The translations under genes and the position numbers were made by a program. From Microcoleus sp. (GTDB taxonomy: Bacteria > Cyanobacteriota > Cyanobacteriia > Cyanobacteriales > Microcoleaceae): a stretch of DNA of 64,000 bases. The DNA lies in the NCBI GenBank assembly GCA_052279835.1, contig CP181291.1, forward strand, positions 5,504,001 through 5,568,000, in the 5' to 3' direction. Below, piece by piece: positions 42,419 through 51,656 of this stretch; the first letter of the stretch is position 1; each line of letters begins with the position of its first letter. The notes under the pieces are model-generated. The model searched no databases and was not told the origin of the DNA. It was given only the letters and a program-made list of their open reading frames with translations.

Positions 42419-43138
42419 ATGAATAACGTGAAATCTGCCTGTACCAACGAAGAGATTACCGCATGGCTGCGCGGATTGCTGACAATTGCTTGGGCTGACG
42501 GTAACTTTGACGAAAACGAGCAAAAACTGATTGCGACCATAACTCAGGAGGAATTAAATCTAGTATCTTTGGAGACCGATTTTCAACCAATTACCCCAGA
42601 CGAACTAGCTGGTGTGTTAGGCAAAAGTACCGCCAACGGTGAAAATTTCTTGAGAACCGCAGTCATGGTAGCTTTAGCAGACGGTATTTATTCCCTTTGC
42701 GAAGATGAATTGCTAGAGAAGTTTTGTACAGCATTAGGTCAAAATGTGAAAGTGATAGAAGCTCTCCGACACACCATCGAAGGAACCGAATACCCCCTAG
42801 AAAAACCCCCAACCTCAGCAGCGGCTGTGGAGTGGAATGTGGCAACACCGCTGAGTGCAAAACCGCTGCAACCACCCCACAAAAATGTCCTACAACCAGT
42901 CAAAGACTGGCTCGACGGCTGGGAAATTCACGACCCCAAGGTGGCACACTTTCTCTGCAAAATGATTCCGCCCCAGTGTCCGTTTGAGCGAGATATTGTG
43001 TTATTTGGCCGCAAAATCGTACACATTCCGGCGATGTGCCAGATTAATCCGCTTTACGAACAGTTGGTGGGGATGCGCTTCCGAGCTCTGTGCTATTTAG
43101 CCGATGATTGCAAGGAAGATATCTCGTCCTATTGTTAG
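42419..43138 (+). CDS. TerB-like domain + Mo-nitro_C domain protein
   Basis: AWADG.F...E, MVALADGIYS..E; IPPQCPFERD..LFG, HIPAMCQINPLYEQ; start may be further upstream (42257/42314). Confidence 0.85.
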   Translation: MNNVKSACTNEEITAWLRGLLTIAWADGNFDENEQKLIATITQEELNLVSLETDFQPITPDELAGVLGKSTANGENFLRTAVMVALADGIYSLCEDELLEKFCTALGQNVKVIEALRHTIEGTEYPLEKPPTSAAAVEWNVATPLSAKPLQPPHKNVLQPVKDWLDGWEIHDPKVAHFLCKMIPPQCPFERDIVLFGRKIVHIPAMCQINPLYEQLVGMRFRALCYLADDCKEDISSYC

Positions 43139-43293
43139 TCATGATTCAGGACTCATTAGTCAGTAGCGTTGAAACTACCCAATCTCCCATAGTCGTGAAA
43201 TATGAAGACTGTGCGGTCTTAATATTGCAAAACCGGCGAATTATGCTCACAAATGGTATAATTAACCACTACTTACTAATGACCACTGAGTCG

Positions 43294-43382
43294 GGAATGG
43301 TTCATGGGGAATAGGCAATGGTTCATGGGGAATAACCAATAACCAATAACCAATAACCAATAACCAATAACCAATAACCAAT
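43294..43382. repeat. short duplication and (AATAACC)x7 array upstream of obgE
   Basis: Direct reading. Confidence 0.8.
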
Positions 43383-43395
43383 TACTAATTAAATT

Positions 43396-44436
43396 ATGCA
43401 ATTTATCGATCGAGCAGATATTCAAGTCGCAGCCGGCAAAGGCGGCGACGGTATGGTTGCTTTTCGCAGAGAAAAGTATGTACCAGCGGGCGGGCCAAGC
43501 GGGGGCACCGGCGGGCGGGGCGGTTCAGTATTTATGGTGGCGGTAGAAAGTCTGCAAACCTTGCTAGATTTTCAGTACAACCGCATCTTTAAAGCGCAAG
43601 ATGGGAAGCGCGGTGCACCGAAAAATATGACCGGGGCTGGTGGGGACGATCGCACAATTGAAGTTCCCTGCGGTACTGTAGTTTACGATGCGGAAACTCA
43701 GGCAATTTTAGCAGATTTAGTAACCCCCGGACAGACTTTTTGCGTTGCCAAAGGCGGCAAAGGCGGTTTGGGAAATAAATGTTTTCTCACCAATTCTAAC
43801 CGCGCTCCAGATTATGCCATGCCCGGTGGAGAAGGAGAACACAAGTTTCTGCGGCTGGAATTGAAGCTATTAGCTGAAGTGGGAATTATTGGTTTACCAA
43901 ATGCCGGCAAATCTACCCTGATTTCTGCTTTATCCGCCGCTCGTCCTAAGATAGCAGATTATCCGTTTACAACTTTAGTCCCGAATTTAGGCGTAGTCAG
44001 AAAACCGACGGGAGACGGTACGGTTTTTGCAGATATTCCAGGATTAATTGAAGGGGCTCACGAAGGTGCCGGTTTGGGTTATGAGTTTTTGCGGCACATT
44101 GAACGAACTCGGTTACTACTGCATTTGATCGATGTTACCGATGAAGACCCGATCGCGAATTACATTACAATTCGGGAAGAATTGAAAGCTTACGGGCGAG
44201 GTTTGGCAAATAGACCGCAGATTTTGGCCTTTAATAAGGTAGATGCGATCGATCTCGCAAGCGCAGAAATGGATAATTTGATTTCTAGACTTCAAGAAAT
44301 CAGTGGCTCCCCGATTTTGTCTATTTCTGCTGTCAGTCGAGTGGGATTGGATGAGTTGATGCAGCAGGTGTGGCAGAAACTTGACGAATTGAATGAAAAA
44401 GAAGCAGCGGAACTTTTAGCAGTTGCAGTTTCCTAG
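43396..44436 (+). CDS. obgE: GTPase ObgE/CgtA
   Basis: Gly-rich Obg fold, GLPNAGKST, YPFTT, DIPG, NKVD. Confidence 0.97.
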   Translation: MQFIDRADIQVAAGKGGDGMVAFRREKYVPAGGPSGGTGGRGGSVFMVAVESLQTLLDFQYNRIFKAQDGKRGAPKNMTGAGGDDRTIEVPCGTVVYDAETQAILADLVTPGQTFCVAKGGKGGLGNKCFLTNSNRAPDYAMPGGEGEHKFLRLELKLLAEVGIIGLPNAGKSTLISALSAARPKIADYPFTTLVPNLGVVRKPTGDGTVFADIPGLIEGAHEGAGLGYEFLRHIERTRLLLHLIDVTDEDPIANYITIREELKAYGRGLANRPQILAFNKVDAIDLASAEMDNLISRLQEISGSPILSISAVSRVGLDELMQQVWQKLDELNEKEAAELLAVAVS

Positions 44437-44479
44437 CCGAAACGGGTTCTGCTTTTCCAGAAATATAGCAACCGCCAAA

Positions 44480-44568
44480 GGCTGCATCTCAATGAGTGCA
44501 AATATATTCGTAGGGGTAGTGCCAAGAGTGCCTACCCTCTTCGTCTGTTACAAAATCGGGATGCTCCC
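44480..44568 (+). mobile_element. MITE-like element, copy 3 (89 bp, different internal hairpin)
   Basis: Right end CAAAATCGGGATGCTCCC; shared TGCAAATATATTCGTA; 8-bp duplication CCGCCAAA at 44472-44479 and 44569-44576. Confidence 0.8.
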
Positions 44569-44617
44569 CCGCCAAAGCGCCTTGGCGACTGCTATTTCCA
44601 CTCAAGTAAGTTGCCGG

Positions 44618-45019
44618 TCAAATTTGGTTGGAGTTACGAATCAGCCCGTTGTAATCAATTCTGACCTGTCCATTTCGAGAAACAGTAACAACGCTTTCTA
44701 TCCTATAGACAGAAGAACCAGGTCTGCTTCCTTTAAAAGAAAATGTCCAAGTACCATCGCCATTGTCTACAAACGGCGCTTCCGAAGAAACACCGTGCAT
44801 AGAAGGTTCGGCTCGATATTCCCCCAAGCCACCGTTGGCGACTTCTGCTGCTTGACGAGCTAGGTTTTTGGCCCGATTCAGTTCGATATTATTGGAAACA
44901 ACTGTGATTTCGTCGAATTCACCTTGAGGAGAAGAATTGGCATTACTCGCTGAGGGACAGACTCCAACAGCCATAATTGATAATGCTACCAGATAAGGAA
45001 GCCTGATGTTTGGTTTCAT
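44618..45019 (-). CDS. conserved secreted hypothetical protein
   Basis: Signal peptide; LNRAKNLARQAAE.ANGGL..YRAE.SM motif. Confidence 0.75.
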   Translation of the reverse strand: MKPNIRLPYLVALSIMAVGVCPSASNANSSPQGEFDEITVVSNNIELNRAKNLARQAAEVANGGLGEYRAEPSMHGVSSEAPFVDNGDGTWTFSFKGSRPGSSVYRIESVVTVSRNGQVRIDYNGLIRNSNQI

Positions 45020-45113
45020 ATGGCAAACTGATTTATAGTTTGTCAGATATACAACAGTTAAACCAAAAATCCGGTAACAAAAAAAATTTTTAAAGCGGCT
45101 TTTGCCTTCTGGT

Positions 45114-46730
45114 TTAATTTTTAAGTTTTACTTTGGCATCAACCGTGGATTCTCCATCATTCAAATACTGATAACTCATCCGAGAAATATCCCGAATCAA
45201 ACTTTGAGCAGGCTTCTCTGTTTCCGGGGAATGTTTCACCATTACCGCCACTAAATAACGCTTGCCGTTTGGCAAATCTACCATCCCTGCATCGGCTAGC
45301 AAAGTGTTGATATTTCCCGTTTTATGAGCAATAATTGCCTCGTCCCCCAAACCTTTGGGTAACAAACTATCATTTTTGGTTTGCCTCATGATTTGAAAAA
45401 TGCGATCGCGCGATTTCACTGACACCAAATTACCCCGATCGATCTGGGCAATAATATTAATCAAATCCTTGGGACTGGTAGTATTAGTTCCCTCTAAATC
45501 CGGCAATTTACTGCGAATAACCGTCGCCCTCAAACCCCAGGTTGCAAATTTCTGATTCAAAACTTCTGCACCTCCCAACAACTCAATCATCATATTGGTC
45601 GCGGTATTGTCACTGACAACAATCATTTTTTTGGCAACTTCCAAAGCCGAATACTTCGTACCCGGAGGTTGGTCTTGCATCTCTCCCGAACCGCCCACAA
45701 TATCTTCGGCGCGTAGAGTCAACATCTGATCTAGTCGCACTTTCCCCTCATCTACAGCTTGGAAAAAAGCTACTAAAATCGGCACTTTAATCGTACTAGC
45801 TGAAGCAAAAGTAGTGTCGCCGTTAACATTTAGGTAGCTTCCACTATCTAAATCGACTAAGAATACTCCCGCAGTCAAGCTAGGGTTTTCAGTGGTCAAA
45901 ACCTGAACTTGCGTTTTGAGGGTGGCTAATTCTTGATTCAGTTGCAGTGCAGGGGCGGCTAGGGTTGTAGCTGCGGCGCTATCACTTTCTGCGGGAGTTT
46001 TTTGCCCATTAGCTCCTGGAGCGTTCTGTTCTTGTGCTGTGGAACCCGATCGACTCACAGCATTCACCACTGACAACATTGTCCCGCAAATCACCGCCAT
46101 CCCAACTCCCAAAATCAACAAACGAGTAGCGTACACCAGCGGTGGTGTCGTGCTAGGTGTGGGTCGTTTGCGAGGTTTATCGCTGGCTTGGAGGCGCTGT
46201 TTGGGGTCTGGGCGTTTTTTGACCTTGGGAGGCGTTTCAGTGTCTGCAATGCGACCTAGATGGGACTGGGAGCGACTTCCGGGACGGGATGCAGGGGTGG
46301 TTGGCGGTATAAGCTGGCTGTTGGGATTGCTGGCGATCGGACTGAGATTTGCTGGTGTTGGCCCTGGATTGAACAAATCTACAGCAGCGAGGCCTTTTTT
46401 GGGAGATTGACGGCTCTTGGACTGGGGATTTTTGGCGGTTCGGGGTTTTTTACCCGTAATTGCAGATTGGGGATTGGATAAAAAGTCTGGTGCGCTTAAT
46501 TCTGCGGGGGGAGTAGCAGGGGAATTTGCCCTAATTCTGCTGCCGCTTGGTGGTTCCAATGGTAGAGTGGAAGGTTCTTTTGCTTTACTGGAGGCTGGCG
46601 GTTTTGGTTTCTGCGATTGGGTGGAACCGCGGCGTCCTGATTTGCTAGACTGATTTGTTTTGCTCGACTGCTGAGATGATATTGAGGAGATCTCTGAGAA
46701 TATCGATCGCTTGGGAAACCGCTCTGCCAC
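45114..46730 (-). CDS. class A beta-lactamase-like serine hydrolase with disordered N-terminus and TM anchor
   Basis: STIK (SxxK), SDN, KTG motifs; GTG start with GGAG RBS. Confidence 0.88.
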   Translation of the reverse strand: MAERFPKRSIFSEISSISSQQSSKTNQSSKSGRRGSTQSQKPKPPASSKAKEPSTLPLEPPSGSRIRANSPATPPAELSAPDFLSNPQSAITGKKPRTAKNPQSKSRQSPKKGLAAVDLFNPGPTPANLSPIASNPNSQLIPPTTPASRPGSRSQSHLGRIADTETPPKVKKRPDPKQRLQASDKPRKRPTPSTTPPLVYATRLLILGVGMAVICGTMLSVVNAVSRSGSTAQEQNAPGANGQKTPAESDSAAATTLAAPALQLNQELATLKTQVQVLTTENPSLTAGVFLVDLDSGSYLNVNGDTTFASASTIKVPILVAFFQAVDEGKVRLDQMLTLRAEDIVGGSGEMQDQPPGTKYSALEVAKKMIVVSDNTATNMMIELLGGAEVLNQKFATWGLRATVIRSKLPDLEGTNTTSPKDLINIIAQIDRGNLVSVKSRDRIFQIMRQTKNDSLLPKGLGDEAIIAHKTGNINTLLADAGMVDLPNGKRYLVAVMVKHSPETEKPAQSLIRDISRMSYQYLNDGESTVDAKVKLKN

Positions 46731-46771
46731 GTCTTACTCCTTCACCAATGTACACTTCAAATTGCTGATTT

Positions 46772-47818
46772 TTAATCGGGCTCGCTCGCCTTTTGAGCTG
46801 GATAATCGGGCAACGCCTGATCCAGAGTATCAGAAACAGGACCGATCGGGTGAGTTTTTCCGATCGCCCATTCTACTTGTCGGAGAATCCCCCGCAACAT
46901 GGCGACTTCCCCAACGGAAGGATAGGCGCGATTATATAAATGGCGAAATTTTGCCATCCGGCTGGCTGCTGTGTGGGGATGCAAGTATCCCACTTTTAAC
47001 AACAAAGTTTCTAGTTGCTGGTAGTATCCTTCTAAATTTTCAAAGGTAGCAGAAGCATCTTCTTCCTTCACCGCTTGGGGGAGGTTCTTCTTGATTCCCC
47101 CCTTGGGGGGGGTAGGGGGGGGTTCTTCTTCATTCCCCCCTTGGGGGAAGTAGGGGGGAGTTTCCTTATTTTCCTCCCAAGGGGGGGGTGGAGTTTCCTT
47201 ATTTTCCCCCCTTGGGGGGGGTTCCTTATTTTCCCCCCTTGGGGGGGGTAGGGGGGGGTTGACTTCGATGAGGGAGTTGACTTCGAGGGGGGAGTTGACT
47301 TCGATGGGGGAGTTGACTTGGATGGGGGGGTTGAGAACTAACTTATATAATTCATAGCAGCAGACAGCAACCGCTTGGGCGAGATTTAGGGATGTGTAAG
47401 CTTCGCTGGAGGGAATGCGGATCAGGCGCTGAGCATAGTTTAATTCGGCGTTAGTTAGGCCACAGTCTTCTCGACCAAAAATGAGAGCGCTGGGGGCTTC
47501 TAGGAGCCAAGGTAAGGCATCTGCGGGGTATTCTGGCTTTGTTGCTAAGGGGCGATCGTCTCCTGTAGTTGCGATCGCCCTTGTACAGCCTACCAAAGCC
47601 GCTGGCAAACTCTCAACTACTCTGGCATTTTCCAATATATCGGCGGCGCGCACAGCCATCAGTCGGGCTTCTTCCCCTAAATAATCGCACTGGGGATTGA
47701 CTAAAATTAATTGGTGCAAACCCATGTTTTTGATCACGCGGGCCACAGAACCTACGTTTAAAGGCCCTGCGGGTTCTACTAAGACGATTCGGATGTTGGC
47801 TGATGCCGTTGCGACCAT
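46772..47818 (-). CDS. TrmJ/TrmH (SPOUT) RNA methyltransferase with repeat-derived insert
   Basis: IRIVLVEP.GP.NVGSVAR, IFGRED.GL.N.EL, SLNLAQAV; start taken as ATG 47818. Confidence 0.88.
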   Translation of the reverse strand: MVATASANIRIVLVEPAGPLNVGSVARVIKNMGLHQLILVNPQCDYLGEEARLMAVRAADILENARVVESLPAALVGCTRAIATTGDDRPLATKPEYPADALPWLLEAPSALIFGREDCGLTNAELNYAQRLIRIPSSEAYTSLNLAQAVAVCCYELYKLVLNPPIQVNSPIEVNSPLEVNSLIEVNPPLPPPRGENKEPPPRGENKETPPPPWEENKETPPYFPQGGNEEEPPPTPPKGGIKKNLPQAVKEEDASATFENLEGYYQQLETLLLKVGYLHPHTAASRMAKFRHLYNRAYPSVGEVAMLRGILRQVEWAIGKTHPIGPVSDTLDQALPDYPAQKASEPD

Positions 47819-47857
47819 TTTTACTGGGGAGATTTTTAGTGAAAATTGGGTTTTTTT

Positions 47858-48011
47858 CTCAGCAACAGGCAAGATGCCTGTTCCACAAAGGTTAATTTTC
47901 TCAGCAACAGGCAAGATGCCTGTTCCACAAAGGTTAATTTTCTCAGCAACAGGCAAGATGCCTATTCCACAAAACTTACTTTTGCTTGTGGAACAGGCAT
48001 CTTGCCTGTTC
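47858..48011. repeat. 42-bp tandem repeat x3 containing hairpin AACAGGCAAGATGCCTGTT, plus inverted copy
   Basis: Direct reading; related hairpins near 18645 and 36717. Confidence 0.85.
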
Positions 48012-48063
48012 ATAATTCAGAATAGTACAAGATATAAGTTACCAATCCACTGTCAAAATTAAC

Positions 48064-48219
48064 ATGGCTAAGCAGCGATCGAAATCCGATTTACCTACAA
48101 AAATCTGCCCGGTGTGCGATCGACCTTTTACTTGGCGCAAAAAATGGGCTGAGTGTTGGGATGATGTCAAATACTGCTCGGAACGCTGTCGTCGCCGTCG
48201 GCATACCACCGAAAATTAA
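48064..48219 (+). CDS. DUF2256 small Cys-rich protein (51 aa; absent from ORF track)
   Basis: [51 protein letters not shown]. Confidence 0.92.
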   Translation: MAKQRSKSDLPTKICPVCDRPFTWRKKWAECWDDVKYCSERCRRRRHTTEN

Positions 48220-48288
48220 GAATTTCTTGCCATTTACAAAACCGAGGTTAAGATTGCAAAGGAAAAATTCTAGGTTAAGTTAAAAAGT

Positions 48289-49224
48289 ATGGCATCGCAA
48301 CAGGTACAACCAAAGTTAGTTATTCACGGCGGTGCCGGCAGTTCTCTACATAGCAAAGGCGGAATTGAGGCGGTACGTAAATCGCTTTATAATGTTTTGG
48401 AGGAAGTTTATCCCCTGCTCAAGGACGGTGCGAGTGCCGTAGATGCAGTGGTGCGGGGCTGTCGGTTATTGGAAGATGACCCACGTTTTAATGCGGGTAC
48501 GGGTTCTGTGGTGCAGTCAGACGGTCAAATTCGGATGAGTGCTTCGTTGATGGATGGTTTTGTGCAGCGTTTCAGCGGGGCGATTAATGTTTCTCGCGTT
48601 CAGAATCCGATCGAACTTGCTAAATTTTTGCAGACTTCGGACGATCGGGTACTCTCAGATTATGGCTCGGCGGAATTGTTGCGAGAACTTCACTTGCCGA
48701 TTTACGATCCAATGACGGATTTGCGTTTGCATGAGTGGATGGAGGAACGCAAAGGCAATTTTAGCAGAGCCATGGCTGGAGTTGTTGCCGAACCGGCTGG
48801 AGTTGGTACGATCGGAGTCGTAGCTTTGGATGCCGAGGGACGTTTGGCGGCGGGAACTTCTACTGGTGGTAAGGGTTTTGAGCGGATTGGGCGGGTTAGC
48901 GACTCGGCGATGCCGGCGGGAAATTATGCTACTGGAAGTGCTGGGGTAAGTTGTACCGGAATTGGCGAACACATTATGGATGAGTGTTTGGCTGCCAGAA
49001 TTGTGATTCGGGTGACGGATGGTTTTAGTTTGAAAGCTGCTTTTGAGCGTTCTTTTGCGGAAGCTGACGAACATAAACGGGATTTTGGGGCAATTGGTAT
49101 TGATGCTACTGGTGCGATCGCTTGTGGTAAAACTAGCGATGTGCTTCTAGGTGCTTTTCACAATGGTATGCAGATGGGCGATTGTTTGGAAATGAGTAAG
49201 GGAACTCTGATTTTTATCGCTTAA
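48289..49224 (+). CDS. isoaspartyl peptidase/L-asparaginase (Ntn hydrolase)
   Basis: IHGGAG, FNAG.GS, G|TIGVVA, TSTGG, GRVSDS. Confidence 0.92.
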   Translation: MASQQVQPKLVIHGGAGSSLHSKGGIEAVRKSLYNVLEEVYPLLKDGASAVDAVVRGCRLLEDDPRFNAGTGSVVQSDGQIRMSASLMDGFVQRFSGAINVSRVQNPIELAKFLQTSDDRVLSDYGSAELLRELHLPIYDPMTDLRLHEWMEERKGNFSRAMAGVVAEPAGVGTIGVVALDAEGRLAAGTSTGGKGFERIGRVSDSAMPAGNYATGSAGVSCTGIGEHIMDECLAARIVIRVTDGFSLKAAFERSFAEADEHKRDFGAIGIDATGAIACGKTSDVLLGAFHNGMQMGDCLEMSKGTLIFIA

Positions 49225-49428
49225 AAAGCTTTCTGGATAGGTGTTTTAGCTCCTCGGCTTATTGAAGAAGTCGGGGAGTGCGATCGGTGTTAGTTTTACC
49301 AATTATCTTGTTTCCGGCTGGATCGGAATGATTTAACCGCAGAGAACACAGAGGACACAGAGTCCGAGAATAGAGAGATGAATAATTCAGATGCTACCGG
49401 ATTTGATATTACTGAATTTGTCTCTACT

Positions 49429-51354
49429 CTACTTACCTTTATTTTTTTTAGGAGATGCTTTTTTACCTGATTTTGTTTGAGGGCGATCGGGTTCTTTCAC
49501 AGCATATTTAAACAGAAAATCATCGGGCTTTGCTAAGGCAGAATCTGCAATGCTCAGGCGACCGAATTGCGACCAATTTTGATTTAACAGCTTCAAAGCT
49601 TGGCGGCGATCTAACGCTGCGATCGCACCTATCACTTGACGCAAATTCGATCGCAATAACTCAATATTAGAGTCATCCACAGAAAATTGACTCACCATTG
49701 AAATCCCTGTTGCCAAATAAGCGGAATCCGGCGATATCTTTTTCGATCTTAAACCCTGAGAAACCACCTTTAGCCACACCGGATAAAGTTCTAACCAATT
49801 AGCGCGTTGCAATTCGTTTAATGCCATTTCCTCCATTCCCAAAGCGCCCCAAGTACAAAGCGATGTTTCAGCTAAATTAGCATCCCGATTTTGCACCGCA
49901 GACTCCCATAATTCGCCCGCATAATCCTTAAATCGAACCGCCAGAAAATCATAAGCTTCCTCAACTCGATCCGCCGCCGCAATCTTGTAAACCGTCTCAC
50001 CGCGTGGTAACTTATCGCCCCGATAAGATAGCCAATTATGAGAACCACACAAATGAATTTTCCGATCCACTACAACTTCCTTCGCATGGGAATTTCCCAG
50101 CCAAAATATCTGCACGGCTGACAAACCTTCCCGCGTTTTAATTTCTCTCAGCTTTTGCTCGACTTGTGGCGGAATTGGTCGAGTTTCATCCTGTTGTCGC
50201 CGGGAAATACCGTGACCAATTAAAATCCACACTCCCCGATTAGCCAAATTTTGAAGTAATTGAATAAACTCATTATCTACCACTTCCTTGCTCACCCAAG
50301 GAGAATAAATTAAGACTTGATAATTCCCTTTCCTCAATGTTTCTAAAAAAGACTGCCGAATTTGACTGTCCCGCAGTAAAATTACCTGGTCTTTTTCCTG
50401 ACTTCCCTTAGACGCAACTTGCTCCCCCGTTTCCCTCAATTCTTTAACAGTTTCGATCGCCTGCTGTTCTATTTTCTTAATTCTGGCTTCAACTTCTTGA
50501 TTTCGTTGATTGAGGAGTTCTTCGCGTTCCGCAGCAATTGTTTCATCGCTCAGATACAGCAAGTTTTGCAAAGAAACTTTGCCTTCAGTTTGCAAAATGT
50601 CAAGTAAATCAGAGGCATAGTGTAAAATTTGCTTTCCTCGTCTTACTTGCAGCTTAACTGCATCTTCAAGGGCATCAAAAATCACAAAAATTGCCACAGA
50701 TTGCCAGATAGCTTGAGTCTCCTTGGTGAAATTAGCAGCAGTAATGATTTTACCATCTTCAGGAACCTGTAAGCCTAAACCAGAAGCCTGAATAATTCGT
50801 TGGAGTTCCTCAAGTCCTAACTCAGACATTTCTTGACATCGATTTTCTATTGTGATAAAGTCTTCAAAAATTGGGAGCTCGATTTGTACTTCTTCTAAAG
50901 CGGAAGATAGAAAAAATAGATTTCCCTGCAAGGGGTCACAAATCGCATAAATCTGCTTGGTTTGTGGCGGTTGCGGGACAGAGCCTTCTAAGTAAAATTG
51001 TTTCCCTTGAGGAGTTAGAATAATTCTGGCATCCGGTGTTACAGCTAAAGTTTCTAAACTCCGCAGAGTATTAGCAGTATTTTGCACGAATATAGGGTCA
51101 AGACCTAAAGCTTGTGCTAATTCATTTTCAGTTGTTGTCAATTCCATCTCCATCCCAGCGCGGAGAATAAACTCTTCGAGGATGTTAAATTTGCGGGGTT
51201 CGCTAATAGTAACTTCTACTGATATTTGCTCTAAACAGTAGCGAAATTGGCGGCCAGCCAGCACTGATATACCAGCGGGACTTTGCTTTTCAATTTGTTG
51301 GACAAATTCTTGTAATTGGGGGTCAATTGGTTTAGGAGATGATACTAAAAACAT
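49429..51354 (-). CDS. PLD-superfamily (single HKD) nuclease-like protein with N-terminal wHTH-like region
   Basis: LIYSPW, SHAKEVVVD (HxKxxxxD), CGSHNW (GSxN); N-terminal ELAQALGLD...LTPQGK. Confidence 0.8.
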   Translation of the reverse strand: MFLVSSPKPIDPQLQEFVQQIEKQSPAGISVLAGRQFRYCLEQISVEVTISEPRKFNILEEFILRAGMEMELTTTENELAQALGLDPIFVQNTANTLRSLETLAVTPDARIILTPQGKQFYLEGSVPQPPQTKQIYAICDPLQGNLFFLSSALEEVQIELPIFEDFITIENRCQEMSELGLEELQRIIQASGLGLQVPEDGKIITAANFTKETQAIWQSVAIFVIFDALEDAVKLQVRRGKQILHYASDLLDILQTEGKVSLQNLLYLSDETIAAEREELLNQRNQEVEARIKKIEQQAIETVKELRETGEQVASKGSQEKDQVILLRDSQIRQSFLETLRKGNYQVLIYSPWVSKEVVDNEFIQLLQNLANRGVWILIGHGISRRQQDETRPIPPQVEQKLREIKTREGLSAVQIFWLGNSHAKEVVVDRKIHLCGSHNWLSYRGDKLPRGETVYKIAAADRVEEAYDFLAVRFKDYAGELWESAVQNRDANLAETSLCTWGALGMEEMALNELQRANWLELYPVWLKVVSQGLRSKKISPDSAYLATGISMVSQFSVDDSNIELLRSNLRQVIGAIAALDRRQALKLLNQNWSQFGRLSIADSALAKPDDFLFKYAVKEPDRPQTKSGKKASPKKNKGK

Positions 51355-51389
51355 CAATAATTATTCCTATATAATTCAATACAGTCAAG

Positions 51390-51524
51390 AGAAGAGTTTT
51401 GAACCACAGAGGGCGCAGAGGGCGCAGAGGGAAGAGTATTGCGAGGGTTTTGGATGTCGTAAAAAAACCTTTTATCCCTCCCCTCTCTGTGTTCTCTGTG
51501 TTCTCTGCGGTTCAAAACTCTTCT
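51390..51524. repeat. long inverted repeat (CAGAG-family element)
   Basis: Perfect 16-bp IR AGAAGAGTTTTGAACC extended by CAGAG units; related units near 49336 and 59902. Confidence 0.8.
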
Positions 51525-51656
51525 TAATATCTACTGAAATTCATCAAAAGCGTTAAGTAAACCGTTCTTTATTGTCATTCATGGTTTTATTTTCCTTCTG
51601 GATTACTTGAGTTTATGCAATATTTCCTGGGTTGTTTTAATGGACTCCTACTCATT

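Noticed and set aside
42257..43138. Nitrogenase component
   Set aside because: The Mo-nitro_C domain name is misleading; there are no nif motifs or nif genes nearby
47858..48011. Possible mini CRISPR array (palindromic repeat x3)
   Set aside because: The units are near-identical 42-bp tandems with no unique spacers, and there are no cas genes
47819..48013. 65-aa N-terminal extension of the TrmJ-like ORF
   Set aside because: It is the translation of the intergenic tandem repeat (CGTGILPVAEK x3); homology starts near ATG 47818
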